From a virus (lineage: Duplodnaviria > Caudoviricetes), in IMG/VR virus record IMGVR_UViG_3300005522_000013, positions 1-26,092 of that record: a DNA stretch of 26,092 nucleotides; one strand, 5' to 3'. Numbering within the stretch: position 1 is the first letter of the stretch; each line of letters begins with the position of its first letter. Position numbers and translations under genes: made by a program. The notes below the pieces were generated by a model. The model was not told where the DNA came from. It ran no database searches and saw only the letters and a program-made list of their open reading frames with translations. Shown one piece after another: positions 16,927 to 25,307 of the stretch.

Positions 16927-19262
16927 GTAACGGTATTAAAGTCAACAAAAGAAATGGTCAAGTTGAGAAATTAGACCTAGATAAGATGCATCTTATGGTT
17001 GATGAGGCATGTAGGAATCTAGCCGGAGTGTCTGCATCACAGGTGGAAATGACTTCTGGGATCCAATTTTATGATGGTATTACTACTGATGAGATTCAAG
17101 ATATTCTTATACGTAGTGCCAGTGATCTAATTGATTTGGAACATCCCAACTATCAGTTTGTTGCCGCACGTCTTCTTCTTTTCGCACTTCGTAAACAAGT
17201 CTTCAAGAATAAGAAGGGTGATGCCCCTACCTTGAAAGATCATATTGAGAAGTGTGCATATCAAGGGACTTATGATAAGCAAATATTTGAGAAGTACTCT
17301 TCAGAAGAGATTGAGAAAGTAGATGGATATATTGATCACGGCCGTGACTTTTTGTTTACATATGCCGGACTTCGTCAAGTAGTCGATAAATATTTGATAC
17401 AGGATCGTAGTGGTGGAGAATTATTTGAGACTCCTCAGTTCATGTATATTATGATCGCTCTTACAATTTTCCAAGACTATCCTAAGGAGACCCGCCTCGA
17501 TTATGTTAAAAGATACTACAACGCAATCTCCAAACACAGACTCAACATCCCAACACCGATCATGGCAGGAGTCAGAACACCACTTAGACAATTTGCTAGT
17601 TGTGTTCTTGTTGATGTTGATGACTCCCTCGACAGTATCTTTAGCTCTGATATGGCTATCGGCAGGTATGTTGCACAGAGGGCGGGTATCGGTATCAACG
17701 CAGGTAGAATCCGTGGCATCAACAGTAAGATTAGAGATGGAGAAGTTCAACACACAGGTGTTATTCCCTTCCTCAAAAAGTTTGAATCAACTGTCAGATG
17801 CTGTACACAAAACGGTATCAGAGGTGGATCAGCTACTGTCCATTTTCCTATCTGGCACAAAGAAATAGAAGACATTCTCGTACTTAAGAACAACAAAGGT
17901 ACAGAGGATAATAGAGTCAGAAAACTTGACTATAGTATACAGATTTCAAAATTATTTTATGAACGATTTATCTCTAACGAGGACATTAGTTTATTCAGTC
18001 CTCACGACGTACCTGGGTTGTATGACGCTTTTGGTGGCGATACCTTTGACGAACTCTATACTCAATACGAGTCCGACGAATCAATCCCTAGAAAAACCAT
18101 TGGAGCACAAGAATTAATACTTGATCTTCTAAAGGAGAGAGCAGAGACTGGTCGTCTTTATATTATGAATATTGATCATTGTAATTCTCATTCCTCCTTT
18201 AAGGATAAGGTGTATATGAGTAATCTTTGTCAAGAGATTACACTCCCTACATACCCTATCAATCATATTGATGATGAGTATGGTGAGATTGCTCTTTGTA
18301 TTTTATCAGCAGTTAATGTAGGTAAGATTAATTCTGATAAGGAGTTGGAGGATCTTTGTGACCTTTCTGTCCGTGGACTGGAAGAATTGATAGACTATCA
18401 GGAGTATCCGGTCACTTCTGCAGAGATTGCCACAAAGGCCCGTAGATCCCTTGGAGTAGGGTTTATCGGTCTTGCCCACTATCTGGCTAAGTTGGGTTAT
18501 GATTATGACAGTCAAGAGGCCTGGGACGCAGTCCACGGTCTCACAGAATCATTCCAATACTTTCTTCTTAAGGCGTCAAATGAACTTGCAAAAGAGAAAG
18601 GACATTGTGAATACTTTGGTCGTACTAAGTATGCGGACGGCATCCTTCCTATTGATACATACAAGAAGGATGTGGATGAAGTTTCATCACAGGAGTTACA
18701 ACATGATTGGGAGAGTCTACGATCAGCTATCTCCACCTACGGTCTTAGGCACTCAACACTGTCTGCTCAGATGCCATCTGAAAGCAGTTCCGTTGTGTCA
18801 AACGCAACAAATGGAATTGAGCCACCTAGAGACTATCTGTCCATTAAGAAGAGCAAAAAGGGTCCGCTTAAGCAGATTGTCCCGTCTTACGGAACTCTTA
18901 AAAATAATTACACTCTTCTGTGGAACATGGCTAATAATAGTGGTTATATCAATGTTGTAGCCGTGATGCAGAAGTTCTTTGACCAAGCCATCTCTGGTAA
19001 TTGGTCTTATAATCCAGAGAATTATGATAATAATGAAGTACCTGTCTCAGTGATGGCGAATGATTTATTAACCACATATAAACTGGGTTGGAAGACTTCA
19101 TATTATCAAAACACCTATGATATTAAGACTGATGATGTTCAGGAACCATCTCATCCAATGGGGTGGCATGATGATGTACCAGAAGGGAAAACAAAATTAA
19201 ATACTTTACTTGATGAATTGGAAAACGCTGAAGAAGAGGAGTGTGAGTCCTGTGCAATCTGA
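16923..19262 (+). CDS. nrdA: class I ribonucleotide reductase alpha subunit
   Basis: N-terminal ATP cone, PTPIMAG, FASCVL, SNLCQEI, ALCILS, KTSYY, C-terminal CESCAI. Confidence 0.98.
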   Translation: MSNGIKVNKRNGQVEKLDLDKMHLMVDEACRNLAGVSASQVEMTSGIQFYDGITTDEIQDILIRSASDLIDLEHPNYQFVAARLLLFALRKQVFKNKKGDAPTLKDHIEKCAYQGTYDKQIFEKYSSEEIEKVDGYIDHGRDFLFTYAGLRQVVDKYLIQDRSGGELFETPQFMYIMIALTIFQDYPKETRLDYVKRYYNAISKHRLNIPTPIMAGVRTPLRQFASCVLVDVDDSLDSIFSSDMAIGRYVAQRAGIGINAGRIRGINSKIRDGEVQHTGVIPFLKKFESTVRCCTQNGIRGGSATVHFPIWHKEIEDILVLKNNKGTEDNRVRKLDYSIQISKLFYERFISNEDISLFSPHDVPGLYDAFGGDTFDELYTQYESDESIPRKTIGAQELILDLLKERAETGRLYIMNIDHCNSHSSFKDKVYMSNLCQEITLPTYPINHIDDEYGEIALCILSAVNVGKINSDKELEDLCDLSVRGLEELIDYQEYPVTSAEIATKARRSLGVGFIGLAHYLAKLGYDYDSQEAWDAVHGLTESFQYFLLKASNELAKEKGHCEYFGRTKYADGILPIDTYKKDVDEVSSQELQHDWESLRSAISTYGLRHSTLSAQMPSESSSVVSNATNGIEPPRDYLSIKKSKKGPLKQIVPSYGTLKNNYTLLWNMANNSGYINVVAVMQKFFDQAISGNWSYNPENYDNNEVPVSVMANDLLTTYKLGWKTSYYQNTYDIKTDDVQEPSHPMGWHDDVPEGKTKLNTLLDELENAEEEECESCAI

Positions 19263-20403
19263 TATTAAAGGAATGACTGTCTTCAATACTGAAGATGTGG
19301 ATACTAAGAAGCAACCAATGTTTTTTGGTAAACCACTTGGTGTACAACGATATGATAGTTATAAGTATCCCGCATTTGAAAATCTAACAAAACAACAACT
19401 AGGATATTTCTGGAGACCTGAAGAAGTTTCTCTTCAGAAAGATAGAGCAGACTACCAAACACTTAGACCAGAACAGAAACATATCTATACTTCTAACTTA
19501 AAGTATCAGATTATGTTAGATTCTGTTCAGGGTCGTGGTCCTAGTATGGCATTTCTTCCTTATTGCTCACTTCCTGAACTAGAAGCATGTATGGAAGTTT
19601 GGGGATTCATGGAAATGATTCACAGTCGTTCTTATACTTATATTATTAAGAATGTGTATCCTGACCCCAGTGATATTTTTGATCACATTATAAATGATCC
19701 TCGTATTCTTGAAAGAGCCTCTAGTGTGACAGAGTCTTATGATGATTTCATCAACAGTGCTCAACTATGGGGTACAGGTAACATGTGGAAAAATGAATTT
19801 AGGGATTCACCTTCATCCAAATGGGAAATAAAAGATCTCAAGAGAAAACTCTACAGAGCAGTTGCAAACGTTAATATTCTTGAGGGTATTAGGTTCTATG
19901 TTAGTTTTGCTTGTTCTTTTGCTTTTGGTGAACTTAAACTCATGGAAGGTTCATCCAAAATTATCTCTTTAATTGCAAGAGATGAGAACCAACACCTTGC
20001 AATCACTCAAAACATAATGAATAAGTGGAGAGATGGTGATGATCCTGAAATGGCAGAAATTGCTAAAGAAGAAGAAGAGTGGGTATATGCAATGTTTGAT
20101 CGTGCGGTGAATGAAGAGAAGAAGTGGGCCGACTACCTATTCAAAGATGGTTCAATGATTGGTTTGAATGATGTTCTTCTTCAGAAATATGTTGAGTGGA
20201 TTGCAAATCGTCGTATGAAGGCTATTGGTTTGAAACCCACTTATGATGTTGCCGCAAATAATAATCCTCTTCCTTGGACACAACATTGGATTAGTAGTAA
20301 AGGTCTTCAGGTAGCTCCACAAGAGACGGAAGTCGAATCATATTTGATCGGGGGGATTAAACAAGATGTTAAAGAGGATACTTTCTCTGGATTTAAACTC
20401 TAA
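19243..20403 (+). CDS. nrdB: class I ribonucleotide reductase beta subunit (start uncertain: 19243, 19252 or 19273)
   Basis: FWRPEEV, LDSVQGR, EMIHSRSY, LEGIRFY, RDENQH, APQETEVESY. Confidence 0.97.
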   Translation: MSPVQSDIKGMTVFNTEDVDTKKQPMFFGKPLGVQRYDSYKYPAFENLTKQQLGYFWRPEEVSLQKDRADYQTLRPEQKHIYTSNLKYQIMLDSVQGRGPSMAFLPYCSLPELEACMEVWGFMEMIHSRSYTYIIKNVYPDPSDIFDHIINDPRILERASSVTESYDDFINSAQLWGTGNMWKNEFRDSPSSKWEIKDLKRKLYRAVANVNILEGIRFYVSFACSFAFGELKLMEGSSKIISLIARDENQHLAITQNIMNKWRDGDDPEMAEIAKEEEEWVYAMFDRAVNEEKKWADYLFKDGSMIGLNDVLLQKYVEWIANRRMKAIGLKPTYDVAANNNPLPWTQHWISSKGLQVAPQETEVESYLIGGIKQDVKEDTFSGFKL

Positions 20404-20451
20404 AAAAGTTGATGCCAAGAGACAGGATGATTGGTGGTTTCATGAGGAACC

Positions 20452-20459
20452 ACTAAATA
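20452..20459 (+). promoter_or_regulatory. possible late promoter overlapping the 3' arm of a hairpin (20432-20455)
   Basis: ACTAAATA 19 nt before GTG 20479; stem TGGTGGTTTC-ATGA-GGAACCACTA. Confidence 0.45.
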
Positions 20460-20478
20460 CTCCAGATACAATGGTTAA

Positions 20479-20907
20479 GTGTGTGATTACGAAAATCCCT
20501 GGATTTATAATGGCAAAGTTTTTAACTCTGATAATATTCTCGACAACTTTGGTTTTGTTTATAACATTACCAATCTCAAGAACCAACGACAATACATTGG
20601 GCGAAAGTATTTTTGGCAGTTCAGAACTCCAAAGGGAAAAAAACGAAAAGTAAAATCAGAATCAGATTGGAAAAAGTATTATGGGTCTTGTCCTGAACTT
20701 AAAGAAGACGTTACAAAATACGGACAAGAGTCTTTTAGTAGAGAGATCCTTTCACTCCACGGATCTTTAGGTAAAGTAAATTTTGAAGAGACCCGTCAGT
20801 TATTTTTACATGAGGTCTTGTCACAAAAGTTGACAGATGATATGCCACTATATTATAATTCCAACATCCTTGGTCGTTATTATCGTAAGGATTATTTTAA
20901 CAAGTAA
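20479..20907 (+). CDS. GIY-YIG endonuclease (small, stand-alone)
   Basis: GFVYNITN...QYIGRK, later YYGS, E and YN motifs; GTG start. Confidence 0.85.
   Translation: MCDYENPWIYNGKVFNSDNILDNFGFVYNITNLKNQRQYIGRKYFWQFRTPKGKKRKVKSESDWKKYYGSCPELKEDVTKYGQESFSREILSLHGSLGKVNFEETRQLFLHEVLSQKLTDDMPLYYNSNILGRYYRKDYFNK
20830..20859 (+). promoter_or_regulatory. possible sigma70-type promoter
   Basis: TTGACA (20830-20835), 18 nt spacer, TATAAT (20854-20859). Confidence 0.55.
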
Positions 20908-20922
20908 ATTAATTTTTGATTA

Positions 20923-21504
20923 ATGATTAAGAAAATTTTAATTGGGTTGGTAAGTTATTCTCTTCTTGGTGCAGCAGTATGCGTTGCACAATCATCCCTT
21001 GAGAAAAAATCTAACCAAACCACAGAAAATTTAATAAAAGTAAAACGATGGACTTGTCCTACCTGTACTGAATCTGAACAAATAGTTCTTCAGAAACTTC
21101 AAGAACGTACTAAGATTAGTGATCGTAATTCCCTTTCTACCATTATGGGTAATATTAAACAAGAGAGTGATTTTAAGTCTAATATTTGTGAAGGTGGTGC
21201 AAGGGTTAATTATGACCAATGTCATCGGGGTGGTTACGGATTGATTCAATGGACCACTATTGGTCGTTACAATAACCTTGGAAAGTTTTGTAAAAATTAT
21301 GGGTGTGATCCTAGTTCACTAGAAGGTCAGACTCGTTATATGATTAATGAGAATATTTTCCAGACACAACTCCCTTACTTTGAGGGTAGTGGGCAGACTG
21401 TTAGTTACTATATGAATGCTGCTTACAGTTGGTTAGGTTGGGGTATTCACGGAAATCGTACTAATTATTCTTATGATTATGTTCACAAACTTGTATACGA
21501 ATGA
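20923..21504 (+). CDS. phage tail-lysozyme-like muramidase with N-terminal signal/anchor
   Basis: IMGNIKQES catalytic helix and GGYGLIQWT motif; hydrophobic N-terminus MIKKILIGLVSYSLLGAAVCVA. Confidence 0.75.
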   Translation: MIKKILIGLVSYSLLGAAVCVAQSSLEKKSNQTTENLIKVKRWTCPTCTESEQIVLQKLQERTKISDRNSLSTIMGNIKQESDFKSNICEGGARVNYDQCHRGGYGLIQWTTIGRYNNLGKFCKNYGCDPSSLEGQTRYMINENIFQTQLPYFEGSGQTVSYYMNAAYSWLGWGIHGNRTNYSYDYVHKLVYE

Positions 21505-21893
21505 CTAAACAAATTAAGTCTCGATTGGGTAAAATTCTTACTGGTAATAAGATTAAAATAAAGATGAAGAATTCTATTAGGATTAAAACCAAGAAGAAGA
21601 ATACTATTAAGGAACAGGTATTTTATAGGTCAATACCAGCACCAATCAAGATTCCTGATGATCCTTGGTTTAGTTGTACAACAAATACTGAAAAGAGGTT
21701 TGACATTTCACCCGAAATGGATTATAATACACAAGTTAAGATGGTACATCCTCATTCTGGTGAGTCTCCAACCATACATCAAGATATGTATGAGGAGGCA
21801 ACAAAGAATTGGACTTCTCTACAGGCTCAAGGAGGTTCTGAGACCTTCCAAGAATGCCCAGGAGGTTGGAATTCTGGAACTGGTTATAAGTAG
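21501..21893 (+). CDS. hypothetical protein
   Basis: ATGA overlap with upstream gene; basic N-terminus. Confidence 0.6.
   Translation: MTKQIKSRLGKILTGNKIKIKMKNSIRIKTKKKNTIKEQVFYRSIPAPIKIPDDPWFSCTTNTEKRFDISPEMDYNTQVKMVHPHSGESPTIHQDMYEEATKNWTSLQAQGGSETFQECPGGWNSGTGYK
21700..21728 (+). promoter_or_regulatory. sigma70-type promoter upstream of structured RNA and tRNA-Arg
   Basis: TTGACA (21700-21705), 17 nt spacer, TATAAT (21723-21728). Confidence 0.8.
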
Positions 21894-21905
21894 TTTCTCT
21901 CTTGA

Positions 21906-21955
21906 CTGCGGTAATCCCCTTGGTAGTTTAGGATTAGCGGCGATAGGAACTACCA
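21906..21955 (+). ncRNA. putative pseudoknotted structured RNA abutting tRNA-Arg
   Basis: Crossing stems TAATCC/GGATTA and TGGTAGTT/AACTACCA in an intergenic stretch more GC-rich than its flanks. Confidence 0.5.
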
Positions 21956-21958
21956 TTA

Positions 21959-22030
21959 GGGCTCATAGTTAAAAGGATATAACTACGCTCTTCTAAAGCG
22001 TTATTCTAGGTTCGATTCCTAGTGAGCCTG
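21959..22030 (+). tRNA. tRNA-Arg(TCT), CCA not encoded
   Basis: Acceptor GGGCTCA/TGAGCCT, anticodon arm ACGCT-CTTCTAA-AGCGT, T arm CTAGG-TTCGATT-CCTAG. Confidence 0.95.
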
Positions 22031-22066
22031 TTGTGACATAGTGGATCTTATTTTTTTTAATCGACA

Positions 22067-22642
22067 ATGAAACCATTTAAAATTCTTACGGATGATTATT
22101 TTGTAGGGAACTTTGGATCTGTTGAAGCAACTGATGAAGTTTTAAAAAATTGTAAGATAAATTTTCCTGATGATGATATCCTAAATCCTGGTGGACTTGG
22201 TAGTGCTGGGGTTGAAGACCATAGTCTTAGAAAATGCAAGACCAAAGGTATTAGTATAAGTCAAGTCAACTTTATTGAACAAGGACTGAGAAAAACTATC
22301 AGGTATATTAATGACATGAAGTGGAAAATGGATCTTAAACATAAATGGGAGTCATCTATACAATACACTAGGTATATTGGTAAGGGAGATTTTTATGGTT
22401 GGCACAAAGATAACTCTGAACCTACAAGTAGTATAGGTCATAGAAAAATCTCTATTGTATATTGTTTAAGTTATGAGAAAGATTATACTGGTGCAGAGTT
22501 TGAAATAAAGGCAAGTAATGGTAATATATACAGAAGAAAGTTTAATTATGGAGACTTTATTGTCTTCCCTTCAGATAGACTACATAGAGTGAATCCTTTA
22601 AAGTCTGGAAGCAGAACAACTTTAGTTGGTTGGTACATGTAG
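22067..22642 (+). CDS. 2OG-Fe(II) oxygenase (prolyl-4-hydroxylase/PKHD-like)
   Basis: YGWHKD (HxD), RKISIV, FPS...HRVNP...GSRTTLVGW. Confidence 0.92.
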   Translation: MKPFKILTDDYFVGNFGSVEATDEVLKNCKINFPDDDILNPGGLGSAGVEDHSLRKCKTKGISISQVNFIEQGLRKTIRYINDMKWKMDLKHKWESSIQYTRYIGKGDFYGWHKDNSEPTSSIGHRKISIVYCLSYEKDYTGAEFEIKASNGNIYRRKFNYGDFIVFPSDRLHRVNPLKSGSRTTLVGWYM

Positions 22643-22665
22643 AGTCCATTTATCATATAAATATT

Positions 22666-23328
22666 ATGAAAAAAATTATTACCACATTGATTTCATCACT
22701 GATGCTTACCAGTCCAGTGATGGCTGATCCTGAAGTTAAGGGTTGGAAGACATATGATTCTATGGGTTGTATGTTACTTGGAGAATGTACAGACAATGTT
22801 CAACAAGTCAGATCAATTAGAGACATTCAAAAATATTATCATAGTTCTAACTATTCTGTTGTTTCTTCTGAGTTTAATTCAATTCTCAGGTCCCTTGATA
22901 GAGTCGGAGTTAAAGTATTTTTAGCAGATGAGAAATATTTTCCGTCAGGTCACAGAGGGGCGTATCATACAGTCAGTAATACCTTCTTTTTAAATACCAA
23001 TTTCATGCACGAACAAGGTATATTGATGAGTGTAATGAGACATGAAGGATGGCATGCTGCACAGGACTGTATGGCAGGAACAATTGATAATAGTATGATT
23101 GCTATAATTCTTCCAGAGGAAGAGATTCCTGTCATTTGGAGAGTGATGGCAGAGAGAACATATCCAGAATCAGCAGTACCATGGGAAGCAGAAGCAGGTT
23201 GGGCAGGTAGAACAGATGATGTAACTGCAAAGGCACTTGAAGCATGTGCAGAAGGTAACATGTGGGAAACATACTCACCAACGCCTTTAACAAGAAAATG
23301 GTTAGTTGAAAATGGATTTATTAAATGA
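22666..23328 (+). CDS. exported HExxH-motif (zincin-like) cyanophage protein
   Basis: Signal peptide MKKIITTLISSLMLTSPVMA; RHEGWHAAQDC and downstream WEAEA; TATAAATA at 22656-22663. Confidence 0.75.
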   Translation: MKKIITTLISSLMLTSPVMADPEVKGWKTYDSMGCMLLGECTDNVQQVRSIRDIQKYYHSSNYSVVSSEFNSILRSLDRVGVKVFLADEKYFPSGHRGAYHTVSNTFFLNTNFMHEQGILMSVMRHEGWHAAQDCMAGTIDNSMIAIILPEEEIPVIWRVMAERTYPESAVPWEAEAGWAGRTDDVTAKALEACAEGNMWETYSPTPLTRKWLVENGFIK

Positions 23329-23364
23329 TTAAAGATTTTACTTTAGTTAAGAGGGTATACTATC

Positions 23365-23613
23365 ATGTTGGTAGTAAGATGCAAACAATGCAACACTGAG
23401 ATTCGTAGTACTAATAAACCAAAGTCCTGCGGATGTCCTAATATGATGACAGTCACTGGAGAAAACATTACTGCTGTTGACTTAAATGATGTTGTTATGA
23501 TAAATTTGAATGAAAATACCAAACAGAAAAATGTTTTGTCTTCTCAAGATTTGATGTATCAGGAACAGAGAAGACATCGTAAGGTTCGTAAATTGGATTT
23601 TGAAGTTCGTTAA
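23365..23613 (+). CDS. small Zn-ribbon hypothetical protein
   Basis: CKQC...CGC motifs; SD GAGG. Confidence 0.75.
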   Translation: MLVVRCKQCNTEIRSTNKPKSCGCPNMMTVTGENITAVDLNDVVMINLNENTKQKNVLSSQDLMYQEQRRHRKVRKLDFEVR

Positions 23614-23930
23614 TGACTATTGAAATGGATAAAGAGATAGTCTATACTAAGACTGAAGTTGATCGTCTTATTGCTGTTGTCAAACATGAGGTTATTGAAG
23701 AAGCAAGAGAGATTGATAGGGCTTCTATGGCTAAGCACAACTGGGACGCTACTATTATTAGTATGATTCTTGGATTCATTGCACTATCTTTATTTGTTGA
23801 TGGGTTGTTAAGGATACTTGGCATCATTCCACCTTTCATGGATTTGGATGTGGATATTATTGATGTTATTGTGGAGAGGGTAGAGAATGATCTTATTCCA
23901 TATATCTCTAATAATCTACCAGGAATATAG
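23613..23930 (+). CDS. small membrane protein
   Basis: Hydrophobic IISMILGFIALSLFVDGLLRILGIIPPF; TAATG overlap. Confidence 0.75.
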   Translation: MTIEMDKEIVYTKTEVDRLIAVVKHEVIEEAREIDRASMAKHNWDATIISMILGFIALSLFVDGLLRILGIIPPFMDLDVDIIDVIVERVENDLIPYISNNLPGI

Positions 23931-23982
23931 GTAGATTATTAGTGAAAAAATTACACACTCAACTTACATACATATATCAACA

Positions 23983-24162
23983 ATGAAATTTTACACCGTG
24001 GAAGAATTTCAAAAACATTGGGATCAGCTGATTACAAACGTTGAAAGTGGAGAGATTATAGGTATAACAAATGGAGAGGAGACGGCAATATTAACGACAA
24101 TGGAAGAAGAATTTGAAGAAGAACTTGTGAGGATTTATACTGAGCACAATGATGCGTCGTAA
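23983..24162 (+). CDS. Phd/YefM antitoxin-like small protein (59 aa, absent from the ORF track)
   Basis: Manual translation MKFYTVEEFQKHWDQLITNVESGEIIGITNGEETAILTTMEEEFEEELVRIYTEHNDAS; fills an otherwise empty gap. Confidence 0.7.
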   Translation: MKFYTVEEFQKHWDQLITNVESGEIIGITNGEETAILTTMEEEFEEELVRIYTEHNDAS

Positions 24163-24502
24163 GAAGAATAAATCATACAAGAGAGTTACGGACAACAGAG
24201 AACCAATTGTTATTGAACATTCTAAAATATGTTATCCATCAGGACCAAAGAAACAAAAACTTGTAGATGAAGCAGATCCTTCATATCCAGGTATTGTTAT
24301 ACAATATGATAATGGATATTATCTGATAGAAGATGGAGTTCATAGAATAACAAAACTTCAACAACAAGGTGTCTATGAGTCACTGTTTTATGTGGTCACA
24401 GTGGGCGAATACAAAAGTGGCCTAGTAGAAATGATATGTGGCTCTAACTCTGTTACATTAGGAGAGTGGAACCACAATAAACTAACTCCACAACCTCATT
24501 GA
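24149..24502 (+). CDS. small ParB/Srx-like domain protein
   Basis: YPGIV...YYLIEDGVHRITKL signature. Confidence 0.6.
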   Translation: MMRRKKNKSYKRVTDNREPIVIEHSKICYPSGPKKQKLVDEADPSYPGIVIQYDNGYYLIEDGVHRITKLQQQGVYESLFYVVTVGEYKSGLVEMICGSNSVTLGEWNHNKLTPQPH

Positions 24503-24508
24503 GGTAAG

Positions 24509-24582
24509 GGGGGTTTAGCAATCTGGTTGAATGCAGCAAGCTCATAACTTGCCGAAGGTGGGTTCAATCCCCACAACCCCCA
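24509..24582 (+). tRNA. tRNA with CAT anticodon (elongator Met or Ile2), CCA not encoded
   Basis: Acceptor GGGGGTT/AACCCCC, anticodon arm GCAAG-CTCATAA-CTTGC, T arm GTGGG-TTCAATC-CCCAC; lacks initiator features. Confidence 0.92.
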
Positions 24583-24611
24583 TTGACACTTCAGTGTCAT
24601 TCCCTTATAAT
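24583..24611 (+). promoter_or_regulatory. sigma70-type promoter directly after the tRNA
   Basis: TTGACA (24583-24588), 17 nt spacer, TATAAT (24606-24611). Confidence 0.85.
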
Positions 24612-24633
24612 ACTAAGGTCAACAAACGAGACA

Positions 24634-24849
24634 ATGACTATTACTTCTAAGTTCAAAAAAGATCTTCAAACCCTTCGTGGTGCTGTAAATGGCGAATTTT
24701 TCCTGGACGTAAAGAATCCGAAACTTTTTAAAAAGGTTCGTAAGTATTATGAAAATAGTGGAGTAGTATTCTCTGGTGATCCTCTGGATGACTATGACAT
24801 TCTCATCGACTGTATCGCAGAAGATCTAGAGACTGTTGAAGTTGGATAA
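24634..24849 (+). CDS. conserved hypothetical cyanophage protein
   Basis: ATG 24634 downstream of the promoter; LDVKNPKLFKKVRKYY...FSGDPLDDY. Confidence 0.8.
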   Translation: MTITSKFKKDLQTLRGAVNGEFFLDVKNPKLFKKVRKYYENSGVVFSGDPLDDYDILIDCIAEDLETVEVG

Positions 24850-25192
24850 TATAGTAAAAAAACCGTGGGGATCATATAAGGACTTGGATAGGAATCCCTT
24901 TCAAGTCATTAAACTCATAACGATCTTTCCTAATCAAAGATTCTCTCTTCAAAAACATCAGAAGAGAGAAGAGTTCTGGTACATCTTGTCTGGAACAGGG
25001 ATTATAACTTTGGACTCTGAAACCAAAGAGGTTAGACCTAAAGATCATTTTCACATTTCCGTAGGAATGATTCATAGACTTCAAGGTGGTATTGAAGGGA
25101 TTAAGTTTCTGGAAATCCAACAAGGAGAATGTGAAGAGACTGATATTATCAGACTTGAAGATGATTATAACAGAGTCACGGAAGGACTATAA
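24836..25192 (+). CDS. cupin, mannose-6-phosphate isomerase type II C-terminal-like
   Basis: KPWGSY, SLQKHQKREEFW, HRL, LEIQQG...EtDIIRLEDDYNR; TTG start uncertain. Confidence 0.88.
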   Translation: MKLDNIVKKPWGSYKDLDRNPFQVIKLITIFPNQRFSLQKHQKREEFWYILSGTGIITLDSETKEVRPKDHFHISVGMIHRLQGGIEGIKFLEIQQGECEETDIIRLEDDYNRVTEGL

Positions 25193-25307
25193 TAGAGTCA
25201 AATCCCATGGTTTCATGTTTCCATTTAAAGAAAAAGTTTAGTTACTAATCTTTGGGAAATGTGGTATGGGTATATAGATACCATGTAGAGTTTTAAACTA
25301 GTTTATT

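Noticed and set aside
16923-20403. Introns or inteins in nrdA/nrdB
   Set aside because: Both frames are continuous and of normal length, with catalytic motifs uninterrupted.
20366-20653. 95-aa ORF bridging nrdB and the GIY-YIG gene
   Set aside because: Overlaps both neighbours out of frame and has no recognisable motif.
21906-21955. HDV-like (theta) ribozyme assignment for the pseudoknot
   Set aside because: No P3/L3 element on either strand, and it lies 5' rather than 3' of the tRNA.
24583-24633. TTG-start extension of the 24634 ORF
   Set aside because: The TTG is the -35 box of a consensus promoter and so lies upstream of that promoter's transcript.
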